This document shows, in pieces, positions 29,407 to 37,098 of a stretch of DNA of 64,000 nucleotides. The notes under the pieces were generated by a model, which was not told where the DNA came from, ran no database searches, and was given only the letters and a program-made list of their open reading frames with translations. Each line of letters opens with the position of its first letter. The first letter of the stretch is position 1. The stretch is from an uncultured Nitrososphaerota archaeon (lineage in GTDB: Archaea > Thermoproteota > Nitrososphaeria > Nitrososphaerales > Gagatemarchaeaceae): positions 512,001 to 576,000 of the forward strand of contig OY969807.1 in assembly GCA_963703285.1 (NCBI GenBank), in the 5' to 3' direction. The translations under genes were made by a program, and so were the position numbers.

Positions 29407-30354
29407 TCAGTAGAAGGTGACTATCCAGCCCTGCTGGCCGTCGTATGTCCCGTAGACTCCGCCCCAACCCATCATCATGGGAACCGGAACAGAGCTCTGC
29501 GGGCAGGGGAAGAAGTAGGTGCTCATTGCGCTGCCGCCGGGAGCGACCCAGGTGTAGCCGTCTGCAGTGAAGCTGGTGCCCGGGGGCATGTAGACGCCTC
29601 CCGTGGTGCTGGGAGTCGGCGGCATGCAGGTCCCCTGTTGCTGGACGGCATTCCCCGAGTAGGTCCCCGTCCCGGTGACGGCGACGGTCGCGCAGTTCAC
29701 GTCGGTTATGGTACCCGAATTCTCGATCCCAGTGCCGCCGTTGTTCTCCACCGTTATCGTGCCCGAGTTGGTAATCGTACCGACTGGGCCGCTCGAGGTC
29801 ATGATGCCAGTGTTCCCGGCTCCTATGCTCTCCACCGTTATTGTCCCTGTGTTGGTGATGCTACCATAGGCGAAGATGCCGATGCTGCTGGCTCCGAAGT
29901 TCTCCACGGTGACTGCGCCCCCATTGGTGAAAATGCCGCCGTTCCCGTTGAAGATGCCGTCGGTGACTATGCCCGAGTTCTCCACGGTGACTGTGCCCGA
30001 GTTGGTCAAGACCCCGCCGTTGTCGATAGTGAGCCCGAAAGTCTCGAAGGCGTCGTTCGATATCGTGACGGCTCCTCCGCTGTCAACGGTGAGGGTGACT
30101 CCGTCGGCTATAATGAGAGTGCCACTGGATGCTATGCTGAGCGTCTCACCGCTCGAAACCACGACAGAGACGGACATAGTAACGCCCCCGGACACGGTGC
30201 ATGTGCTGCCCGAGTACGACAGCCCGGTACCGGTGCACCAAGAACTGAGGTCGGTGGCAGCCTGAGCCGCAGGAACCGAACACAGCGAAGTGACCGCAGC
30301 GATGCTCAGAATCAGCAGACTCAAGACGGCGAAATGGCGCTTTTGACCGCTCAA
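29407..30354 (-). CDS. Secreted beta-helix-like repeat protein with shared C-terminal domain
   Basis: TTG 30354; signal peptide (AQA); repeats of TN.GT.TVEN.G...GI; C-terminal GGVYMP..WGGVYGTYDGQQGWIVTFY. Confidence 0.82.
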   Translation of the reverse strand: MSGQKRHFAVLSLLILSIAAVTSLCSVPAAQAATDLSSWCTGTGLSYSGSTCTVSGGVTMSVSVVVSSGETLSIASSGTLIIADGVTLTVDSGGAVTISNDAFETFGLTIDNGGVLTNSGTVTVENSGIVTDGIFNGNGGIFTNGGAVTVENFGASSIGIFAYGSITNTGTITVESIGAGNTGIMTSSGPVGTITNSGTITVENNGGTGIENSGTITDVNCATVAVTGTGTYSGNAVQQQGTCMPPTPSTTGGVYMPPGTSFTADGYTWVAPGGSAMSTYFFPCPQSSVPVPMMMGWGGVYGTYDGQQGWIVTFY

Positions 30355-30389
30355 CGTCCAATCTCCCGCTGTGCGTGACAATGTGCCCA

Positions 30390-30456
30390 CTATAACTGCA
30401 GAGCATGATTCTCAAAATTGAGAAACGCATATCGACGTATATTGAGGTATATCAAC
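30390..30456 (-). promoter_or_regulatory. TATA box, TTCTCA-N4-TGAGAA palindrome and three 10-bp phased boxes
   Basis: ATTCTCAAAATTGAGAAA (30408-30425) lies 12 nt from TTATAG on the minus strand; GCATATCGAC/GTATATTGAG/GTATATCAAC at 30427-30456. Confidence 0.65.
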
Positions 30457-30492
30457 AAACAAGTGATATGGAAGAGAGGCCGTTCCGAACCT

Positions 30493-30531
30493 TTGAAGGA
30501 GATCTGCGACCTCCTCCCGCTGCCTACCTAG
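30493..30531 (+). repeat. Orphan duplicate of the SRPBCC-3 3' end (LKEICDLLPLPT*)
   Basis: TGAAGGAGATCTGCGA exact at 29339-29354 and 30494-30509, with similarity continuing to the stop codon. Confidence 0.75.
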
Positions 30532-30621
30532 TCCCCGTGGCGCGATGAGGACCTGGCTGGATCGGCTTTGGGGTGATGGGTTCGAGGGAGGCGCGTTTAC
30601 ATATCACAAATACACCTGTGT

Positions 30622-30903
30622 ATGGCAGTGAGGAACCTGGCCATAAGGGATGAGGTATACCGGAAGCTGCTGGACGCGAAGGCGGACAAGGAAAGCTTCA
30701 GCGACGTGATAGATCGCCTCCTTTCGAGCAGACCGAAGCTCTCTTCGTTCTCGGGAACATTTGCCGGTGACAAGGAATTCGCCTTGGTCGAGGAGGACAG
30801 ACGACGGGTGAGGTCGATGACGGTCTCAGGGCGACGTACTCTCGATGGCTCTGGATACCTGCGCCCTAATCGCGCCCCTGAAAGGAAACCAAGCCTGCAC
30901 TAG
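30622..30903 (+). CDS. vapB: Archaeal VapB-type antitoxin
   Basis: RNLAIRDEVYRKL..K..ESFSDVIDRLL; the C-terminus may be read-through. Confidence 0.8.
   Translation: MAVRNLAIRDEVYRKLLDAKADKESFSDVIDRLLSSRPKLSSFSGTFAGDKEFALVEEDRRRVRSMTVSGRRTLDGSGYLRPNRAPERKPSLH
30845..30890 (+). pseudogene. N-terminal stub of a VapC toxin
   Basis: MALDTCALIAPLKGN resembles PIN strand 1 (LDT..LI); the remainder is occupied by the convergent gene 30920-32326. Confidence 0.55.
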
Positions 30904-30919
30904 GTGCGGCTCTGCTCTA

Positions 30920-32326
30920 CTAGCAGTAGAAGGTGACTATCCAGCCCTGCTGGCCGTTGTACGTACCGTAGACTCCTCCCCACCCCTGCAACATCGGAGC
31001 CGGGATGTTCAACTCTGGCCCTTGGAAGAAGTAGCTGCTGAACACTCCGCCGTTGGCGGTGCCGCCCGGAGCGGTCCAGGTGTTGCCGTAGCCATCGGTG
31101 AAGGTGGCGCCGACGGGCATGTAGACCCCACCTAGGGTGCTTGGGCAGACCGGGGGAGCGTTCGGGTTGGTAGACGAGGCCGTCGTGGACGTCGTCGAAG
31201 ATGAGGTAGTGCTGGAAGACGAGCTGCTGCTCGAGCTCGAAGATGATGTGGTCGAGGACCCGCCGATCTGCGAGTAGTAGTCATCGCTGTACTGGCCGCC
31301 TATGCAGTACACGTAGCCGCCCGACAGGGCGCACTGGGCATATGCCACAGCCTTGGGATACGCTGCGGTGGAAATCCAAGTACCGGGATTGCCGCTCGTG
31401 AGCGCGGCGTAGTATACCGTCTGCCCCACACCCCCGTTGTAGCCGCCCATGCAGTAGAGGTAACCGGAGCTCGTGACGCACGGATAGTTCTGTACGTCGG
31501 ACGGGTACAGCGAGGTCGAGTTGGTCCAGGTCGCTCCCACCGCGCCGTTGCTTATCGTATCGTAGGCGACCTGGTCGGTCGCGTAGCCGTGGTACGGGTT
31601 GTAGTTCCCTCCCACGCAGGTGATGTAGCCGCCTGCGGCGACGCACGCCTCGCCGCTGTCCCCTTCTGTTATCGCATAGTTAGTGGTGGGGGTCCAGGAG
31701 CCCACAGCCCCGTCCGTTATCTGGGCGTAGTTGACCGCGTCAGTCGCTCCTCCCGCTTCGTCAGGCGTCAGCAGCCCGCCCACACAGGTGATGTAGTTGT
31801 TCGAGGCGCCGGAGAGGACGCAGGAGCTGGCTTCCATGGCGTCCGGGTAATGGGTCGTAGCGGTCCAGACGCCGACAGTGCCGCCGGAGACCGATGCGTA
31901 GTAGACTGCGTTGCTCTCCTCGATGCTCGGGGTGGCTTCGATTATGCCCGCGACGCACGTCATGTAGCCCCCGGAGATGACGCATGAGGGGAAGTAGCTG
32001 TGCACCGGATAGTGGTTGGTCTGGTTCGTCCAGGTCCCGATGCCGGAAGACGAGATAGGAGCGGAGTAGACCGCGCCGTTCGGGGCCGGGTTGGGCGGAT
32101 AGTTGGCGCCTCCGACGCAGTAGATGTAGCCGCCGGAGATGGCGCAGGAGTTGCCGAGAGTCCCGTTGGACGAACCAGAGTATAGCGTAACCGTGGGGAA
32201 CGAGGTCGTCTGGGTCCACGCGCCGAGGGTCTCGGCTGCGACGGGAGATGCGAGCGGGACGAGCACGAGACCGAACGAGACGAGGACCAGAACGACGGCA
32301 GTTAGGGTTAGCGACTGCCTCTTCAA
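30920..32326 (-). CDS. Secreted Cys-rich Kelch-like six-bladed propeller protein with shared C-terminal domain
   Basis: Signal peptide; six W..T..YP....C...GGY..C.GG repeats; S/T linker; C-terminal domain 30923-31153. Confidence 0.85.
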   Translation of the reverse strand: MKRQSLTLTAVVLVLVSFGLVLVPLASPVAAETLGAWTQTTSFPTVTLYSGSSNGTLGNSCAISGGYIYCVGGANYPPNPAPNGAVYSAPISSSGIGTWTNQTNHYPVHSYFPSCVISGGYMTCVAGIIEATPSIEESNAVYYASVSGGTVGVWTATTHYPDAMEASSCVLSGASNNYITCVGGLLTPDEAGGATDAVNYAQITDGAVGSWTPTTNYAITEGDSGEACVAAGGYITCVGGNYNPYHGYATDQVAYDTISNGAVGATWTNSTSLYPSDVQNYPCVTSSGYLYCMGGYNGGVGQTVYYAALTSGNPGTWISTAAYPKAVAYAQCALSGGYVYCIGGQYSDDYYSQIGGSSTTSSSSSSSSSSSSTTSSSTTSTTASSTNPNAPPVCPSTLGGVYMPVGATFTDGYGNTWTAPGGTANGGVFSSYFFQGPELNIPAPMLQGWGGVYGTYNGQQGWIVTFYC

Positions 32327-32592
32327 ACAACGCAGGCTATAACCCGCTACACATAAACCTTCGCAGCTTTCCTCGGCGGGCGGGAGCCCGAGAACCTAGG
32401 CTATGGGCACCACGGCACGAGCAGAGAACCGCACGTCCTCCCGAGGGCCCTAGTCCCAGCCCCCTGTTACTAGCCGCCGTTCTCCTCACGCTACGAACCT
32501 AAGGCCTTTTTCTTCGCCATGGGGAACAAAGGCCTAGGGAAGTGACAGCAGCGCTTATGTAGCACCAATTGCATGTAGTACTTCGAGAGGTT

Positions 32593-32823
32593 ATGGTCGA
32601 AGACGTAGTAGTAACGCGGAAGGGCCAGACAACGGTTCCGATTAGATTGAGGAAAAAATATGGCATCTCTGAGGGAACAAGACTCGAAGTCGAGGACACG
32701 GGTACGGGCATCCTGTTCCGAAAAGCGGCGAGCGTCCTGGACCTGGCGGGCACGGGCGCCAAGTCTGCCTCGGTAGACGAGATGAAGAAGCTGCTGGACG
32801 ATATGAGAGCCGAAGAGGATTGA
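32593..32823 (+). CDS. AbrB/MazE-type antitoxin
   Basis: VVTRKGQTTVPIRLRKKYGISEG. Confidence 0.88.
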   Translation: MVEDVVVTRKGQTTVPIRLRKKYGISEGTRLEVEDTGTGILFRKAASVLDLAGTGAKSASVDEMKKLLDDMRAEED

Positions 32824-33209
32824 AAGGAAACTCCTTCGACACGAGGTTCCTTGTCGAACTGTTCTACTCTAAGGATGAAGATACCCAGCGCAAGATCAGA
32901 GCCATCCTTCTGGACTCGAAACCGAATATCCTCTCGACCGCTGCTCTTTCTGAGGTCTACAAGCTCACCCTAGAAAAGGAGGGCAATGATGTGGCCGTGA
33001 TCCGAGCGAACTACCTGAGCAAGGACTTCCGATTGGCGGACGTGGACAAAGAAGTCGCCATACAGGCTGCAATCATCAAGCACACGCATGGAATACCGTT
33101 TACCGATAGCTTGATCGCATCTACAGCCAAGGTGCTCGGCGTTCCCTGCTACACCGACGACCCCCACTTTCACAACATTGCGGGCTTGACCGTGAAGTGG
33201 CTTCACTGA
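32820..33209 (+). CDS. vapC: PIN-domain toxin
   Basis: FDTRFL, LSEV, IPFTDSLIASTA, YTDDPHF; 4-bp overlap with the antitoxin. Confidence 0.88.
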   Translation: MKGNSFDTRFLVELFYSKDEDTQRKIRAILLDSKPNILSTAALSEVYKLTLEKEGNDVAVIRANYLSKDFRLADVDKEVAIQAAIIKHTHGIPFTDSLIASTAKVLGVPCYTDDPHFHNIAGLTVKWLH

Positions 33210-33341
33210 AGACTAGAAGCTTCGGCGGGCTCCGGCCATTCGGGAGCTTTTAGCTTCGTTTTGCAGCGATCCCCGTCGGGTCAAGAATCCGTCTACCAAA
33301 GGGATATTAGCGAATTTCGTGACGCGCGGTCCTGACGGCGG

Positions 33342-33770
33342 ATGGCCCGCAAGAGCATCAAGCTGTACTGGGACGACAAGTCCATAGCTAACGGAGACGT
33401 CCTGGCGGTGCTCTTCGGAGAGAGGGAGGAGACCATCGAGGCCGCTAAGACGCTCATCCGGAGGATGAGATCGAGCCCGAACCTCTGCATGACCAAGCGT
33501 GAGGTGCGGTTCTTCGCCAAGGACCTCGAGGAGGGGAAGCTGGGCGTAAAGTACAGCTACCACAACTTCTACGTCAAACTCCTGCGGAAGCTGCTCGACC
33601 TGGGGTTCGTCGAGAAGGACGTCCTGATTTGGGACGACAAGAGGAAGAAGACGCAGTCGGTCTACCAGCTCAAGCTGCAGGTGATCCCCGAGAGGGGGCC
33701 CCAGAGCGGCTTTGTGAAGCACTCCTGGCAGCTCGCCAAGGGCTGGAACGACATGATAAAGGCTGCATGA
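33342..33770 (+). CDS. Conserved archaeal hypothetical protein (possible winged helix)
   Basis: Strong GC3 codon bias; YSYHNFYVKLLRKLLDLGFVEK; a decayed second copy exists at 41297-41502. Confidence 0.75.
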   Translation: MARKSIKLYWDDKSIANGDVLAVLFGEREETIEAAKTLIRRMRSSPNLCMTKREVRFFAKDLEEGKLGVKYSYHNFYVKLLRKLLDLGFVEKDVLIWDDKRKKTQSVYQLKLQVIPERGPQSGFVKHSWQLAKGWNDMIKAA

Positions 33771-33917
33771 CCGCCTCCGGATAGGCGAGGACTCATTCTT
33801 GACACCCGCTTGCACGCGGCCCCCTTCGACCTTGTTGCGGTCCGTAATGTGTCGTCTCGCAGCAGAGCCCCTCCGCACCTAGACGAGAGCGGCGTCACCA
33901 GATATGAAGGAGCAGCG

Positions 33918-33945
33918 TATCTGTCTTACAAGTAAGATGCAGATG
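33918..33945. repeat. Palindromic repeat, copy 2 (extended)
   Basis: TATCTGTCTTAC-AA-GTAAGATGCAGAT. Confidence 0.7.
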
Positions 33946-34091
33946 CTATCGCCAGACCTTGGTAGCCTAGGCTGAGGAAACAGCTGATGCAGGTTACCCA
34001 ACGCCCGGCATCGCTCGCGGCCTGATCGATTCGTGCCGCTTTGGAAAGGTGCATGGCCGAGCTTGGGCGTGCGACGGTAAGAAGGGGGGCC

Positions 34092-34487
34092 TCATCTTCC
34101 GTGGCTGATGGAGCAGCTAATGGGGAGAAAGACTACCTTGCCGTCATACACGCCGAACGCCGCGACTCCGGTAGCCATGGCCGCGCACAGAAGGAGGTGA
34201 GAGTGCAGGGGCGTCCCGACGGAGACGTTGACCAGGAGCGCGTCCCGCCCCGCTCTGGCCTTCAGGGCGTCGAGCGCCGAGAAGATTGCGTCCGGAGAAT
34301 CTGAGGAGGCCTCTACAACCTCGAACGAGATTCTCCTCTCCGTCAGGAAAGACCGGACCTTCTCCAGGACCAGGAGATCCAAGCCCGGGGAGACGATCGC
34401 AACCACTCCCGTCGTAGGAATCTCCGGCAGGGACTGCTCCAGTGCCCGGACATTGTCACCGTAGGGAACCGCTTGCTGGAAGCTCAA
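34092..34487 (-). CDS. Stand-alone CARF-like / DUF6293-like domain protein
   Basis: LLVNVSVGTPLHSHLLLCAA..GVAAFGV..VVFLP resembles the N(I/V)SxG CARF core; no HTH follows. Confidence 0.5.
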   Translation of the reverse strand: MSFQQAVPYGDNVRALEQSLPEIPTTGVVAIVSPGLDLLVLEKVRSFLTERRISFEVVEASSDSPDAIFSALDALKARAGRDALLVNVSVGTPLHSHLLLCAAMATGVAAFGVYDGKVVFLPISCSISHGR

Positions 34488-34693
34488 GATGAGCGCGCCC
34501 CCGCCGGAGCTTCCACGTTTGGCTTCGCGTACCTCAAAGCGTGCTGAGCTCCCGAGTCCATGGGTTCGACCGCCTCGTCGAAGGACAACGGGCGAAGAGA
34601 CCGCCGATTCAATATATAGCTACTAGCGGGTGCTGGCATCTCAGCCGTGTCGGTGCTCTCGCTTTATTAGGGCACAGACCTGTCGACCGGAGT

Positions 34694-35500
34694 ATGGCTC
34701 CAATCCAGTGGGCGGAAGGAGTGACCTGCCCCGTGGTCCTCTCGTTCGATGTTGACGCGGAACTCCTGTGGAACGTCTGGCTGTCGAAGGAACCCTCGCC
34801 GATCGACGTGTCGCAGGGGGTCTACGACATCAAGGTAGGGGTGCCGAGGGTCCTCGCCATGCTCAAGAGGCAGGGAATCAGGGCCACTTTCTTCATCCCC
34901 GGCGTGATAGCCGAGAGATACCCTGAGACCGCGAGGGCAATCGCAGCCGAAGGCCACGAAATCGCCCACCACGGTTACCTCCACGAAGACTGCTCCAAGC
35001 TCTCAAGAGAGCAGGAGAGGGAGATGCTGACTCGCGGGAGCGATGCCCTCAGGACCGTCACTGGGTCCGCCCCGAAGGGCGCGAGGCTCTCGCTCGGCAA
35101 GACGACGTTGTCGAACCTGGCCGACCTGGGATTCGTGTACGAGAGCACCCTGATGGACGACGACCAGCCATACAGGATTGTGCTGGACGGCAAGCGAACA
35201 GGGATGGTCGAGCTTCCGGTCTGCTTTGCCTTCAACGACACCTCCTACTTTGCCTACACCTTCGGGCTTGCGAAGCCCTTCCTGACACCCCGGGAGGTCG
35301 AGGCGGTGTACAGGGACGAGTTCGACGCCATGCTGCGGGAGCGCAAGTACTGCATGTTCATGCTTCATCCGCAGGTGATTGGGCGCGCGTCGAGGCTAGA
35401 CATGCTCGAGAGGACGGTCGAGTACATGAAGGCGAAGCCGGGGGTGCGGTTCCTCACCGCGCTCGAGGTCGCCGAACACTGCCAGAGGGTCCTTCCCTAG
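34694..35500 (+). CDS. Polysaccharide deacetylase family (PuuE/HpPgdA-like) protein
   Basis: LSFDVD, ATFFIPG, HEIAHHGYLHE, LHPQVIGR; ATG 34694 after TTTATTA. Confidence 0.88.
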   Translation: MAPIQWAEGVTCPVVLSFDVDAELLWNVWLSKEPSPIDVSQGVYDIKVGVPRVLAMLKRQGIRATFFIPGVIAERYPETARAIAAEGHEIAHHGYLHEDCSKLSREQEREMLTRGSDALRTVTGSAPKGARLSLGKTTLSNLADLGFVYESTLMDDDQPYRIVLDGKRTGMVELPVCFAFNDTSYFAYTFGLAKPFLTPREVEAVYRDEFDAMLRERKYCMFMLHPQVIGRASRLDMLERTVEYMKAKPGVRFLTALEVAEHCQRVLP

Positions 35501-37098
35501 GCCCCGAGCTGGATCTTGAGGCGCCCTACAGCCTTCGCTCGCACCCTTATTGCCACTCCGGGCAGGTAGGACAGGGGAATCTCGTCCACTTCCACGATCT
35601 CGACCGAGTCGGGGTCCGCGCCGGCCTTGACCGCGTCCTGCTTGGCGAGGTCCTTGGCCGTCTGCAGGACCTCCTCGCGTGTGGCCTTCTCGAGCTCGAA
35701 GATCTTGTCGACCTCGCCGCTCGCCTGTGCTATGGCCGCCCCTATGGCGTTCGCGTACTGGAAGTGCGCCGGCCTCTCCACCCTCGACGCGCCGTGGAAC
35801 CTGGGATAGTACTCAGGGGGAATGATGATCCCGCCTCCTCCCACCAGCACCACGGGCACTGGCTGGGGCGACGTCTTGACCTTGTCGACGGACTCCTCGA
35901 CTAGCTCGACGATCCGGTCCTGCGCCCTCTGAAGCTGCTCCGGGGCGAACTTCCTCCTCACCCTCTCGGGGTCGCAGGCCGGGTCGTCGACGGTCGCGCG
36001 CCCGAGGCCGAGGCTGACGTCGGTCGTCGTGAGGGTGCTCCCGCCCCAGGCGATGCTCTCGCTCGTTATCCTGAACCCGACGCTCTCGGGCCCTATCAGG
36101 ACGCGCCCGCTCCCCTCCTTCACCGCGGTCCCGCCGCCGCAGCTCACCGCGAGCAGGTCCGGCATCCGGAAGTTCGTCCTGGCCCCGCCTATCTCGACCG
36201 CGACGCTCGATTCGCGGGGGAAGCCGCGCACCACGGCCCCGACCAGGGTGGTCGTTCCCCCGATGTCGATTATGATTCCGTCGGTCAGACCCGTCAGGAA
36301 CGCCGCGCCCCTCATGCTGTTGGTCGGGCCGGAGGCAATGGTCTTGACGGGGTACCTCATCGCGTAGTCGACGTTCATGAGCGTCCCGTCGTTCTGGGTC
36401 AGGAAGATGCGAGCCGAGGGGAGGCCCGCGTTCTTGACCGACTCTACGAACCCTGAGATGGCCCTGCCGGCCACCTTGACAAGCGCCGCGTTGAGCGCCG
36501 CCGCGTTCTCCCTCTCCAGGAGCCCAATGCTCGCTATCTCGTGCGAGAGCGTGACCTGGATTGTATCTCCCATCTCCTTCGAGACTATCTCGCCGGCCCT
36601 CTTCTCGTGGACGGAGCTCACCGGAGAGAAGACCGAGGAGATCGCGACCGCCTCCACTCCCTCCGACCTGAATCGTTCGGCCGCGGCCTTCGCGCCCGCC
36701 TCGTCGAGCGCCCATATCTCCCTCCCGTCGAACTCGTGCCCTCCGTGGATTATCTCCCAGGTGTCGCCTATCGCAGTCCTGAGGTCAGGGGGCAGCGAGT
36801 AGAGAGGTCTGATCCCCAGCGTCGCGGGCTTCCCTATCCTGAGCAGGCCCACGTGGGCCAGGTTCCTCCGCTCGACTATCGCGTTGGTGCAGTGGGTGGT
36901 TCCGAACATGACCGCGGCCACGTGGCCGCTGTCGACGCGGGAGGTCTCGAGGACCTTCTCCAGCGCCCTGTCGATGCCCGTCGAGACGTCGGGCGTGGTG
37001 TCGACCTTCTCGGCCCCCAACAGCGTGTTCTGCTCGTCCAGTATGACGGCGTCGGTGTGCGTGCCGCCCACGTCTATGCCGACCCTGAGGGTGGTCAT
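35497..37098 (-). CDS. Hydantoinase/oxoprolinase N-terminal family protein
   Basis: GIDVGGTHTDAV, GTTHCTNA, QNDGTL, SGPTNSMRGA, DIGGTTT, ANAIGAA. Confidence 0.92.
   Translation of the reverse strand: MTTLRVGIDVGGTHTDAVILDEQNTLLGAEKVDTTPDVSTGIDRALEKVLETSRVDSGHVAAVMFGTTHCTNAIVERRNLAHVGLLRIGKPATLGIRPLYSLPPDLRTAIGDTWEIIHGGHEFDGREIWALDEAGAKAAAERFRSEGVEAVAISSVFSPVSSVHEKRAGEIVSKEMGDTIQVTLSHEIASIGLLERENAAALNAALVKVAGRAISGFVESVKNAGLPSARIFLTQNDGTLMNVDYAMRYPVKTIASGPTNSMRGAAFLTGLTDGIIIDIGGTTTLVGAVVRGFPRESSVAVEIGGARTNFRMPDLLAVSCGGGTAVKEGSGRVLIGPESVGFRITSESIAWGGSTLTTTDVSLGLGRATVDDPACDPERVRRKFAPEQLQRAQDRIVELVEESVDKVKTSPQPVPVVLVGGGGIIIPPEYYPRFHGASRVERPAHFQYANAIGAAIAQASGEVDKIFELEKATREEVLQTAKDLAKQDAVKAGADPDSVEIVEVDEIPLSYLPGVAIRVRAKAVGRLKIQLGA

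Noticed and set aside
27417-31153. Repeated C-terminal module DNA as template/variable repeats of a diversity-generating retroelement
   Set aside because: All copies are coding, differences are not adenine-specific, and no reverse transcriptase is in the window
29376-32365. AAACCTTCGCA at 29376 and 32355 as a possible target-site duplication
   Set aside because: Only 11 bp, and the 32355 copy is the BRE/TATA of the minus-strand gene; likely coincidence
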